From NCBI GenBank assembly GCA_964016885.1, contig OZ024742.1:137020001-137084000 (forward strand): DNA of 64,000 nt, in the 5' to 3' direction. Numbering within the stretch: the stretch's first letter is position 1; each line of letters begins with the position of its first letter. Below, piece by piece: positions 1 to 13,362 of the stretch. Both the position numbers and the translations under genes were made by a program. Under the pieces are notes generated by a model, which saw nothing but the letters and a program-made list of their open reading frames with translations, was not told the DNA's origin and made no database searches. The DNA is from Eledone cirrhosa (lineage: Eukaryota).

Positions 1-190
1 GTGCAGGAGTATCCTAGTTAAACTTTGTGTCAGTTAAAGATGGAGCAGCGGTATTTATGACCTATGGGGAAGTGTCTATGTAAGAGGGCTAGAAATATTT
101 TTCCTACATTGGTTTTAACGTTGAGTGAGAAGGGAGGAGAGAACCAGATAGTTTGTCTATTGGTGCGCTCACTTTTCTTAATGGTGTTGT
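1..190 (-). mobile_element. Penelope-like element (PLE) fragment, region C-terminal to the RT
   Basis: Minus-strand translation [31 protein letters not shown]...IFN*HKV*LGYSC resembles the PLE motif IWFNPPYS..V.TNIG..FL.L..KHFP...IFNRN.VK.SYSC; has stops and abuts (TA)n. Confidence 0.75.
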
Positions 191-314
<124 letters not shown>

Positions 315-345
315 AGAAAAACCACAGGCCCTCCATCTCAACTCT

Positions 346-383
346 ACTTTTGAAAAGCAGAAGAACTGCGAAACCGGTAAAGG
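346..383 (+). ncRNA. Degenerate minimal hammerhead ribozyme
   Basis: actt-TTGAAAA (core variant)-gcag aagaa ctgc-GAAAC-cg-GTA-aagg; stem II and the 3' core are intact, the 5' core is mutated. Confidence 0.5.
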
Positions 384-505
384 AACCAAATAAATATATA
401 TATTTTAAACAAAAATAAGACTCCAGTTGCATTTTCGATTCTAACTTTTATATATATATATATATATATATGCAAACCGCCAGAGATTCGATTTTACTGA
501 TTTCC

Positions 506-1382
<877 letters not shown>

Positions 1383-1412
1383 TATTTTTATATATATATA
1401 TATATATACATA

Positions 1413-1880
1413 TATATAGAATTCACAAGAAACAAAGCTATATACAAAGCATTTATTCACTTACAATTGTTTCATCCAAACCTATCTGTGTTATCTGCGA
1501 ATGTATTTTAATTTTGATTTTGATTTTAACTTTGATTTTGATTTTGAATTTGAATTGCTGTACAAAAATATTATAGTATAATATATGTCACTCTACTGTA
1601 CATCAATATATATATATATATATATGTATGTCTCTTGCGTTGGAAAGGAGGTCAATTATATGTACACGCCTGGGTTTGGAAAAAAAAATTGTAAGTGAAT
1701 AAATGCTTTGAACATAGCTTTGATTCTTATGAATTCTATATAACTGCTCTGTAGAACAACTCGTGTTATTACATTGAGCTATTTATCTTACTGGTAATAA
1801 GGTAGTAATATATGACTGACCTTCACTGTTCAAGGTTTAACATATACATTAATATAAACAGTTTTAATATATACATAACC
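1413..1880 (+). mobile_element. PLE-type short element with ~70-bp inverted repeat
   Basis: 1413-1482 is the reverse complement of 1672-1742; the left arm read on minus gives GAAAC-aatt-GTA-agtga, the 3' half of a hammerhead; embedded in (TA)n. Confidence 0.55.
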
Positions 1881-1900
1881 ATAAATAGTATCCTTAATAT

Positions 1901-1945
<45 letters not shown>

Positions 1946-2076
1946 GGATAATCCATGCGGAAATCCATTTAAAAGAAAGACTTTATATATATATATATAT
2001 ATATATTATGAAGAGAGAAGAAACATTTAGATATAATTAGTAATAAAATGTATCATACCTAAATTGCTCCTAAATT

Positions 2077-2164
2077 CCTCGACTACGTAGTTTCGTGGCA
2101 TAAACAAAAACAATATATCATAAAGACATAGAGTCCTTGCGAGGTCTGCCGACTTATCAAGAGG
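2077..2164 (-). ncRNA. Type-I hammerhead ribozyme, variant core
   Basis: Minus: cctc-TTGATAA-gtcggca...tgccac-GAAAC-tacgta-GTC-gagg; stems I-III pair and the cleavage triplet is GUC. Confidence 0.7.
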
Positions 2165-2671
2165 ATACCTCATTTTACTAGTCTCAAGAACGCGTCTACA
2201 CGACGTGAGAAAGAATCCCAAAAGGCGGAGGGGGAGATAGTCACGCGATATAACGGTCGAGAAACAGAGCTAAGCCTCCTATAACCCCGAAGAAAATACC
2301 ACGGAGGCGGAGGGGGTATTTATATCGAGGCCGTAGAAGAGGTGGTGAAGAAGGCGAGAAGTATGAGTAATGGAAGCTTTCCAACTGTCCCCACACTTCA
2401 AAGGTTGCTCGACCAGAGGGAGTTATTAACAATATATTTAGAAACACACAGATACATGCGGACACACACATATATACATGAATGCATCCGCACCCAACTG
2501 TGAGTTAAGGGTGCCAACTTCATCGATGTTGCTCAATGAATGACTGGGACAGACCAATTCAGTTGAACTAGACTGAACCAGTATCAGAGTTAAAAATACA
2601 TTATGAAGAGAGAAGAAACATTTAGATATAATTAGTAATAAAATGTATCATACCTAAATTGCTCCTAAATT

Positions 2672-2759
2672 CCTCGACTACGTAGTTTCGTGGCATAAAC
2701 AAAAACAATATATCATAAAGACATAGAGTCCTTGCGAGGCCTGCCGACTTATCAAGAGG
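2672..2759 (-). ncRNA. Second copy of the same hammerhead
   Basis: Near-identical to 2077-2164. Confidence 0.7.
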
Positions 2760-3004
2760 ATACCTCATTTTACTAGTCTCAAGAACGCGTCTACACGTTT
2801 CTTCTCTCTTCATAATGTATTTTTAACTCTGATACTGGTTCAGTCTAGTTCAACTGAATTGGTCTGTCCCAGTCATTGAGCAACATCGATGAAGTTGGCA
2901 CACTTAACTCACAGTTGGGTGCGGATGCATTCATGTATATATGTGTGTGTCCGCATGTATCTGTGTGTTTCTAAATATATTGTTATATATATATATATAT
3001 ATAT

Positions 3005-3672
3005 ATAAATGGAGTAGGATGAAACGAAATTTCATTTCTCACTCTTAGTACGGCAGTTACTTAAATGTAAGTATATATATATACGTACATACATATATGT
3101 ATACAGACGTACAGTAGTATGTATATATATACATACATGCACACATATATATATGTACGTATCGGTTTACCGAACATTTATTATAATGTTCGGTTTGTTT
3201 ATAAACAAATAAACATACCGAATTACGCCGTACAGTATTTAGGCAACCACATCATCTTTTTGTTCAAAACTGACACAGGAACGATGTACTAGTTTCAAGC
3301 TTATTAGCTATCTGTATTAGCTATATGTATATATACATACATACATATATATGTACGTATGGTTTTACCGAGCATTTATTATAATGGTCGGTTTGTCTGT
3401 AAACACCCATCCCGAATTAAGCCGTACAGTGTCTAGCAACCATCGCTGCCCTTTTATTTAACACTGACAAAGGAACTATGTACTAGTTTCAAGCTTATTA
3501 GCTATCGTCAGCACCGTATACCTTCCTGCCAGATGGTTGAACGTCAGAAAGCATATACTTTCCTTATGTATATTAACGTCCGAGCAGCCTAATTTGCATA
3601 TCGAGTGAGATAATCGGCCGGGCGCACGGAAATCGATAAATGGAAAAATATGAAACGAAATTTCATTTCTCA
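3005..3672 (-). mobile_element. Hammerhead-bearing short element with tandem partial copies
   Basis: 3140-3312 is similar to 3340-3506; atgaaacgaaatttcatttctc occurs near both ends; hammerhead at 3475-3517. Confidence 0.6.
3475..3517 (-). ncRNA. Minimal type-I hammerhead ribozyme
   Basis: Minus: acggtg-CTGACGA-tagct aata agctt-GAAAC-ta-GTA-catagt; the sister copy at 3281-3312 has catcgt, which pairs fully with acggtg. Confidence 0.8.
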
Positions 3673-3685
3673 TAAATATATATAC

Positions 3686-4514
<829 letters not shown>

Positions 4515-4527
4515 GCCACTCGCCTTC

Positions 4528-4561
<34 letters not shown>

Positions 4562-4589
4562 GTATATATATATATGTATATATATATAT

Positions 4590-5167
4590 CATCATCATCA
4601 TCATCATCATGATAATGGCTTGACTTCGCAAACGAAGATTATGAAGTGGGGGGGGGGGGGGCATTTTGACTTCAGGAATGCTCGTGGCTGTTCAGTCCAA
4701 TGCGGGATAGAGAGGTACGGTCGTAGTGGTTGCAGTTGAAAATCTGGTCAGGGTTTGATGACTTGGAGTTGTCGTTCTTCCTCCCGTGCCTTTTGTACTT
4801 GAGGGTGGCTCTGCGGGTGTTTATGAAGGAGAAAACAGCATGACTAATGTTAAGACACCAGACGTAACGGTTCTCACCCTAGGATGGGCCAACGGCGTTG
4901 GTCACACTGACAGGCACCAAGGGATATTTTCAAACAGTTCTTGTATCACTTCCTTGGTGTCCCCCTGTCACAATGGTCAGTGTAGACCTGTCCTGCCCAG
5001 CGTAGTTGGGACTTCAGTAGCACCGACTCGACGCTTGTGACCTCTACCCCCTTCAAGGACTTTAACATGGGTGATAAAATTTCACCAGGGGATGTTGAGG
5101 ATGGGAAAGTGGCAGCTCTCCAGGAGTCGAAGGTGGTGGCGATATATGACCAACGATTCTGAACCAT
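4590..5167 (-). mobile_element. RTE-clade LINE 3' fragment
   Basis: Minus: VEVTSVESVLLKSQLRWAGQV, GTPRKRYKNCLK, LSRIGLNSHE, then the 3' motif cttcgtttgcgaagtcaagcca and an (ATG)n tail. Confidence 0.75.
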
Positions 5168-5347
5168 AAAGGGTGAATATGGGCAACTTCAAATAAAGTG
5201 TCGTACTAAATGTCACAATGCATCACCCACTTTGAGACACGAACTCACAAGCTCACAATTGGGAAACCAACGCAACATATATTAAGCCAGATGCTTTTAC
5301 ATACCTTTTACGCTGTATGCATACACATACATACACATGTATATGTA

Positions 5348-5408
<61 letters not shown>

Positions 5409-5413
5409 CTTAA

Positions 5414-5470
<57 letters not shown>

Positions 5471-5528
5471 TATGTGTGTGTGTGTGTGTGTGTGTGTTTA
5501 AGCAATATATATAAGCAATATATATATA

Positions 5529-5642
5529 TTACTCACCAATGCCAAATTACCTACCACAAACCCACAACCAAGTATCAAAAAATGTGGTCGCTCTAATTGT
5601 GGAACCTGCACTCACCTCATTGAAGGCAACACGTATAAATTT
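5529..5642 (+). mobile_element. PLE fragment, Cys-rich linker before the GIY-YIG domain
   Basis: Translates LLTNAKLPTTNPQPSIKKCGRSNCGTCTHLIEGNTYKF (CxxxxCxxC), between microsatellites. Confidence 0.65.
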
Positions 5643-5772
<130 letters not shown>

Positions 5773-6009
5773 TTAAGCAATGGGCAAATGAAAAAAGAAA
5801 AAAACAAAGCAAGCAACACAATACAATGAAGATATAAGCTTAATGCTTGATATTGTAGGAAAGGAATTTTAAGTTTCAGAAACTAGTTCTTTATCAGATG
5901 ATAGAATGAGAAATTGAGTGAAACAGTAAGATAGAGAGTGAATAGGGGAAAGGATGGAAAAGAAATTCTTTGAGAAAAAGCACTTGTGTATTCAGTCACC
6001 CAATATACA

Positions 6010-6072
<63 letters not shown>

Positions 6073-6274
6073 TGAAAGAGAAGGGAAGATAAAGACCCTA
6101 CCGTGACTCCAAGCGGTTTCGGGTTGTGTACAGTACATTGAGTATCACTTGCATGAAGTGACCCCCCCCCCCCACAAACACACACTCTGATTGATAGTCT
6201 AACCGGTCTCAGCAGCGCAACTCTCTCTCTCTGTATTTCTCCCTCTCAGACATTCACACACACTCTCTCTCTCC

Positions 6275-6307
<33 letters not shown>

Positions 6308-6330
6308 GCACACACACACACACACACACA

Positions 6331-6362
<32 letters not shown>

Positions 6363-6367
6363 TTCTA

Positions 6368-6421
<54 letters not shown>

Positions 6422-6559
6422 TTTTTCGGCCTGATATGTATATTAGCAGACTGGCTGATCAGTCAGAACTGCATATTAGCAGATCCACTGATCAGCCAGA
6501 TTTGCATATCAGCAGACTGGCCAGTCAGTTTCTTGTATACGAGCGATAAATGGCCGGTT

Positions 6560-6986
6560 TTGCCAAATTCAAATAGAAAAGAAAATTTCGCTCTACATGG
6601 CTGAATACAATAAATGTAATCTGAGTTTTTCGAATATTAATAATAACTGATCAGCCTGTCTTCTAATAAGCAAATCAGACCGATCAGTCACTGTGTATGT
6701 TTGTAAATAGCATATATTTTCACTAGCTCTGACAGTTTGGCAGGTGAACATTGAGCTGTACTGATGAAGGGTGATACCCAGAAACATTAGTGCCTGCAGT
6801 TCTGTTCGCATGCCAACATAAGAGCAAGAATGAAGTGTTCATTCTACTGACATGGCTATACAATTGAGGCTTGTTTTCATAATTGCAAACGATTCGAATG
6901 TTATTATTAATATTCGGAAAATTCAGATTACATTTATTGTATTCAGCCATGTAGAGCGAAATTTTTTTTTTATTTGAATTTGGCAA
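6560..6986 (+). mobile_element. Element with ~87-bp terminal inverted repeats enclosing a hammerhead motif
   Basis: 6560-6647 is the reverse complement of 6900-6986; hammerhead at 6753-6802. Confidence 0.65.
6753..6802 (+). ncRNA. Type-I hammerhead ribozyme, cleavage triplet mutated
   Basis: gagctgta-CTGATGA-aggg tgata ccca-GAAAC-attagt-GCC-tgcagttc; 8-bp stem I including G-U pairs. Confidence 0.65.
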
Positions 6987-7179
6987 TTCATCAAGTAATC
7001 ACCTTGCTCATCTGGTCTATTAGACATAACAGTTGACTCTATTTGAATTCACATTCTATCATCGTAAAATACGAAAGAGAGGATAATACCTTTGATGATA
7101 ATTTTGCTGGATAACATGAGATTAAACAACAGAAACATATCTTGCCCTAAAGTGCTTGATAATTTTTTTTAAATGTCTA

Positions 7180-7450
7180 AAATCTGTCTTGGGCCCGAAG
7201 GCTCATCACGCCGATGCTTATCCTGGTTTCCATGGCATGAAGGAACTGAGAGTACAAGACTCCCCTTAGACAGGACGCCAGTCTATCGTAGGCGTAAACT
7301 CCTAACTATTGGTAGTACTTATTTTCAGCTGAGTGTAATGGAGTACCGTGAAATGAAGTATTATGCTCAAGAAATCAAAACACAAACCAGTCCACGAATC
7401 GAACCCACGACATTATGATCGTAAGTCCAACGCCCTTACCACTTGGCCAC
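7180..7450 (-). mobile_element. tRNA-derived SINE, family B (MetaSINE-like)
   Basis: A/B-box-like head (gtggccaagtggtaagg ... ggttcgattc) and a gacgccagtc-type core on the plus strand; copies at 21120, 32950, 41622 and 53415. Confidence 0.75.
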
Positions 7451-7580
7451 AAGGTAATTTTAGATGTAGATTTACTTTGCATTAGGTAACAACAACAACA
7501 ATAAAGACAAAATTAAAGAGATCTGGCGGGAAGGATGATAATAGATTACTTCTTTAACAAATTATTTATACTTATTTCAG

Positions 7581-7682
7581 GAACGCCATTATAATGTAAA
7601 CATAGTTAATTCAGGTGAATTTTCTAAGGAAGAATTCGACGAGGAAGTGAACGAACGCGAACAAATCTGTATAGTTGATTGA
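7581..7682 (+). CDS. Possible terminal coding exon of an unidentified host gene
   Basis: Acceptor-like ttatacttatttcag followed by 33 open codons (ERHYNVNIVNSGEFSKEEFDEEVNEREQICIVD) and TGA; no homology recognised. Confidence 0.2.
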   Translation, partial: ERHYNVNIVNSGEFSKEEFDEEVNEREQICIVD

Positions 7683-7894
7683 CGTACGAGACATACCAGC
7701 AAAATCTTATTCATACCAACATTTTCTTAGGTTATAAAGAGCTAGCATAACAACACAAGAAGAAAAGCCAGCAAATAACCTAAAACTATGTGTGGTCATG
7801 TTTGAGAATGTCTTTGATCATTGCTCTGCTTCAGTACAACTGTCCTGAGGATAAATAAGACCAAACACATGAAACACCAACAACAGTAGCAATC

Positions 7895-8105
<211 letters not shown>

Positions 8106-8854
8106 TTTCGATACAGCAAGAGATTCTATGCAGTTACTTGTCATTATGCAAACTACAGCATTTCAATGTATAAAACATGCAGGACGATTTCAATAACCAA
8201 GATTTGACCAGCCGCTTCCCCCTCATGCTAACCACCGTCTAGACTTAGGGTGTCCTCAGTCACTGAACTGCAGTTTTGCTCCACAAAATGATGATGAGTG
8301 CATCCGACTTGAGGAATGCATTCCTTGACGTAGAGTGGTTGATGCGCCTGAAATCCTTGCCTTTCTTCATGGCTTGCTTTAGCTATTTCGTTCGCCGAGC
8401 GGTGCTAACAAATACCACATTGGCTAGGGTGTAAAGCCCGTCCATCCGTCCCGCACCTTTTCCATACATTCTCCTTTTCACTATTTCTTTCTATTGCATT
8501 ATTTTATGTATTTTTTTCCACAAATAAAGATTTATGAGCCTCACGAAAAGAAAAAAAAATCCTGTTTGAGCAGATCTGAAGTGAGGTTAATCAACAACAG
8601 CAACACAGATTTCAGAGGAATGCAAGACAAGGCAAAAGTTAAAATCATGAGAGGTGAAGATGAAAACCCCGAAAAGCTTCTTTTGGCTCCCTACAATTTC
8701 TTGCACCCACCCCACTATTTTCAAAACGGGAAACGTTTTTATTCTTTTTTTTTAATCCAGCTTGTTTCGATCCTCCTCTCCGCGCGTAACAGAACTGCTG
8801 TAAGCATCTCAAAGATATTAAAATCCTAGAAGAAATATATAATTTTTCCTTGGA

Positions 8855-9950
8855 TTACTGTAGTTCTCGACGTCGAAGACGCTTCGCCCCGAAGACGCAC
8901 CCCAATTTTGACAGCCTAATAGTATGTACCCATGTTAGCAATGTATCTACACGATTATACTCCAGTTTAACTATTAATTGTTCGGCCCAGCAGTGATTTA
9001 TATCTTAATGTGTTTCATCAGGAAAGTTCTTGGTTAATAGTGTCTCAGTTCATACAAGTGTATGGGGCACCAGATGCTGCAGTATTTTAAGAGTTTGATA
9101 GTATTCCATGTGGACTTATACAGTCATTATTTTTAGTTCCAGACAAAAGAAAAACTGAACTCTACAGTAGGAAAATTAATGTGAGAAACCGAATAATATT
9201 TTATTGTACATTTACACTTTGTATAAACTACCGCACGGACATGATATCCCAAATAGAACAAAATGAAATAAAATAAAGTTTTCGGGAAAAATCTACACAA
9301 TAAAATAATATGTCAATCTTAAAATAAAAAAAAACATTTCGATCTTAAAATTCTGAAAATATTTTGCTTATTCCTACCATTTATAGAAGTACCACACAAA
9401 CATGACATCCCACATAGAAAAACATAAAAACAGACTAATGATTAAAATCTCTACAGTTCAAATATTACAAATAAGAAAACATTTTAATCTTCAAATGCAT
9501 TACTGATGCCACCTTTTTAAAAATATTTCACTACTACTTCAATTTTCACAGCGTTCCATGATTTCACATTTGAGCAATTGTTGGCTTTTATAAACGACTT
9601 GATTGTATTAGGTCATTGTCCGTGGCCCTCATCTACTGATTCCACCCTTCTTTTATAAATGCTTTAAAATGTTTGTTGATTGATATGTCAAGTGGTTGTT
9701 AAACCACTAGGAATTACTGCCATTTTCGGTTTCAATTTCTTCTTTAATAGTTTTTGTTTTGTGAGCTCGAAACTGTTCTCACACAAGAAGGGATGGTTAT
9801 TTAAGGATCATTTTCTCAGATAGAAGTACTCCAAAATGCCTCTCTGCAACACTGTTTGGCATATGCAATCACTTCTAGTTTGGAGCCAATTCTATAAGAT
9901 TCTCTTCTTCTTGAGTTTGTCATAATACCGGCAGTGCTAAACATGTTTAA
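8855..9950 (-). mobile_element. Decayed pogo/Tigger-like DNA transposon
   Basis: TIR-like tactgtagttctcgacgtcgaagacgc...aagacgcaccc at 8855; minus strand encodes RRRESYRIGSKLEVIAYAK..AERHFG..SEKMI (pogo N-terminal DNA-binding domain-like) and KGGIS; frameshifted. Confidence 0.55.
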
Positions 9951-10169
9951 CCAAATCTTCTGAAGTTATGGATCTCTCCTAACGTCAGTACGTCCAGATT
10001 TGAAATGGTTAAGACTATGGTTTTCAGAGATCAAGACGAAAGCCTATGTTGTTGATTGAACGCAACACATTTCATCACTGAATGTGAGTGATTACGATAG
10101 ACTTGTTATTAATATTTACTGGTAAACCCACTTAACATACCGCACTTTTACTTCTTTTGTCACTTAATA

Positions 10170-10265
10170 ATTGTTTCTACTTTTGGCACAAGGCCTGCAA
10201 TTACCCAGTGTATTACTGGTACTTTATTTTATCGACCCCGTAAGGATGAAATCAAAGTTAACCTT
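10170..10265 (-). mobile_element. SINE family A, 3' fragment
   Basis: Reverse complement of the family A core and tail. Confidence 0.75.
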
Positions 10266-10607
10266 GTCACTTAATAATGTTCCCTTAAATCAGCTTGTTT
10301 GGAGAGAATGAAAATACAGGCAATATTGATACACAAGTAGAAGTATGCCTCGTTAGTTGCCGCGTCTACCATACTCAGTCTATACGGGAATGGATTTTTG
10401 TGATTGCATATATATAATTTTTTTATTCCTTTATGATACTTTTGTTCATTTACTATCTTAACTAAGTATAATTTATACACTTCATTGAGAGGTCATATAC
10501 AGGGGTCTGATTGCATTCTAACATAGATAATTTTCCTGTGTTGTTAGGAAATGCCTATGAGAAACGCAAACTTCAGCTTCCAGGATTAGATTTTTGAGAC
10601 TTATTTT

Positions 10608-10849
10608 CAGGGCCGGTGGAAGTATTTCTGAAAGCGGAAGGGGGGAGGGTATTTGGACAATTTAGTTGTAGTGATTAGTTTAACTCTTTGCACTCTAAAA
10701 TCGACAGAAAATTTCGATATGCAATAAACATAACATGTATATAAATTGTAGCGCATATCGAAATACATGTGAGTTTTGCTAGTTTGGGGAGAAAATATAA
10801 TTATTGGAGGCGGGCGACATGCCTCCGACCCCCAGTTCCATCGCCACTG
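10608..10849. mobile_element. MITE-like element with short imperfect TIRs
   Basis: cagggccggtggaa ... ttccatcgccactg (11/14 inverted match), with G-rich and C-rich subterminal runs. Confidence 0.45.
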
Positions 10850-10960
10850 TTTATATATAATTTTTTAAAATGATGCTCTGTGCCCTTTCCCAAGGAGTTA
10901 ATATATCGAGCTTCTTCGTATTGGTAAAGAACTGTTATTATACACAATTTATTCATCTCC

Positions 10961-11023
<63 letters not shown>

Positions 11024-11200
11024 TCATTTATTATGGCTATTGGTGAGCTTTGTTACTCCTGCGCACTCACAGGATCACCAGTTTAGTCTCATGTGTACAC
11101 AGGTGAGACTTGAGAGGAACGAGGGTTAGTCATAATAAATGAATATTTAAACACTACTTCGGTATTGTGTTTTCATTCTTACGTCCGTCAATAATTCACG

Positions 11201-11491
11201 TACTCTCAGGTCTTGAATAATCGTCCCCACCCGCCGCTTATTTGTCAGATTTTTCCCACCCGACTCCACCCACTTATTAAATTTGCTAATCTATCTCAGG
11301 CAAAATGTTATTATAAGTGATTCATATTGATACAGCAGCTGGAGAATCTAATAATAATTATATTTTACATTAAAAACACATTATAAAAGAAGAGCATTAC
11401 AAGAAATCCCATATTTTCGAACATACAGTATATAAGCACCCCCCCCCCCTTTATTATTGCCAGCCCTCCTATTATTTGGGAACCGGGAGTG
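11201..11491. mobile_element. Tc1/mariner-pogo-type MITE
   Basis: tactctcaggtcttgaataat ... attatttgggaaccgggagtg imperfect TIRs. Confidence 0.45.
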
Positions 11492-11494
11492 TCA

Positions 11495-12100
11495 CCAAAC
11501 TCTCCTCCTCTCTATGTCTATCACACAAATCCCTCTTTTAATCCACCTCTCTGTATCTAATAAAACCAATCTCTTCCCCCTCTTTATATCTGCCACGACA
11601 CCGCCTCTCTTATTCCACTGTCTATGTCTAAGACTAATACACTATCTCACTCACTATAACTATCTACACTTTATCTCACCCAATCCGCCTCTGTATATCA
11701 ATCACCCCTAAACTCTCACTCTCTCTATATTTACTACATGACACTGTCCTATTACCCCTCTCTCCTATTCCCCCCTCTCTATATGTACTACATGGAACGT
11801 TCTTCTAATAATCCCCTCTATTTCAATTAATCCCCAAATATCTCCTTCTTTATATCAATTAAAACCAAACTCTTCCCCCTCCCTTTATCTACTACATGAA
11901 ATTCTCCTCCAATCCCCTTCTCTAAATCAATGAACATCAATCTCTCCCTCTCTATATCTAATATACAACTCTCCCACCACCCTCATTATATCAATTACCA
12001 CCACACAATGCTTCTCTTTATATATACCATACAACGTTCTCTCTCATTCTCTCTAATTTTATCTATCACAACCAAACTCTCCCCCTCTCTATACTTATAC
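11495..12100. repeat. Degenerate pyrimidine-rich minisatellite
   Basis: Recurrent actctccccctctctatatcta-like unit. Confidence 0.7.
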
Positions 12101-12129
12101 ATAGAGATAGCTCTATTCGTTATATTACC

Positions 12130-12680
12130 TATCGGAGGGTCGGACGCCATGCTTTCCAGCATAGTTACGTCCCTTTACGATCTGAGTTCAAATCCCGCCG
12201 AGGTTGACTTTGCCTTTCATCCTTTCGGGGTCGATAAAATAAGGTACCAGTAATGCACTGGGTAATTGCTGGCCTTGTGCCTAAAGTAGAAACAATTATA
12301 TTACCTATCTCTATAGGGCTGTGGATCGGCAGTTTCGGTTGAGAGTCAGATGCCATGCTTTGCAGCATAGAGTTACGGCCCTTATGATCTGAGTTCAAAT
12401 CCCGCCGAGGTTAACTTTGCCTTTCATCCTTACGGGATCGATAAAATATAGTACGAGTCACGCACTGGGGTCGATTTAATCGACTTTCCCCTCTCCTGAA
12501 AATTGCTGGCCTTGTGCCTATATCAGAAATCATTATATTACCTATATATTTACAGTCTGAGTTCAAATCCCGCCGAGGTTAACTTTGCCTTTCATCCTTA
12601 CGGGGTCGATAAAATAAAGTACCAGTAATGTACTGGGTTATTGCTGGCCTTGTGCCTAAAGTAGAAACAATTATATTACC
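12130..12680 (+). mobile_element. Three tandem copies of tRNA-derived SINE family A (Nin-domain-like)
   Basis: B-box gagttcaaatccc, core gactttgcctttcatcctt.cggggtcgataaaat, tail ggccttgtgcctaaagtagaaacaatta; units at about 12130, 12318 and 12553. Confidence 0.85.
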
Positions 12681-12899
12681 TATATATTTTATATTGTCTT
12701 TGCGTGGTGTATTTGTGATCCATTTTCCAGTTTGTTTATTTCATATAGACATTATCCTGTAGTACCTGTTGTGTTAATCTGTACTTCATGTCTTTCAGTG
12801 ATTAAATATTCGGTTCAAATAAACCAAGATTGCATTACCTTGGTATGTATGTCCGTATATAAGTATATATGTATGTCAGATCACTCTTCAGTGTTACTG

Positions 12900-13362
12900 G
12901 TAACATGTAACCTAATAGATCTTGTCAAGTCGTCGGCGACTAAACCGGCAACTCCACCGAATTTGCTTGGTGAGGAGGGTGTTTTAGGACTCCCTACAGG
13001 ATGAAAAACAACACCTGCCAAAGGGCGGAGGTACTCAAGAGAGTAAACGGTCATCCAAAAAAGCATTTTGTGTCTGTGGGGGTGGGGGTGGAGGGACTAT
13101 CCTAGTTTTCATTAAGGCATCTCTCTAGGAAGGTCACTCTGATATAAAACCTGTGATTTCGTTTGTATCCAATGATGTAGACCAGTCCTTTTTGGGTAAA
13201 CGCATTCGATGTTCAGCGAGTCGAATTGGCTCCGTACAAAGCCTTTCCTTAATTAAAAAAAGCTTCAAGCACAGGCATGGCTTAATATGTGACAATTATT
13301 TGCGATACATAGTATTGCTGACCATAGGCTAGTCGCTACCAGGACTAAACAGCCAAGTCAGT
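12900..13362 (+). mobile_element. Possible RTE-derived non-autonomous element or 5' UTR remnant
   Basis: GC-richer block containing catctctctaggaaggtcactctgatataaaacc, which resembles RTE 5' UTR motifs. Confidence 0.3.

Larger units (their letters stand above)
2006..2990 (-). mobile_element. Hammerhead-bearing element with direct and inverted duplications
   Basis: 2006-2203 repeats at 2601-2797; ~2425-2620 is inverted at 2797-2985; two hammerhead copies on minus; (TA)n flanks. Confidence 0.7.

Noticed and set aside
12130-12680. Tandem repeats with spacers (CRISPR-like) or tRNA genes
   Set aside because: These are SINE copies in eukaryotic DNA; the tRNA-like heads lack a full cloverleaf and there are no cas genes.
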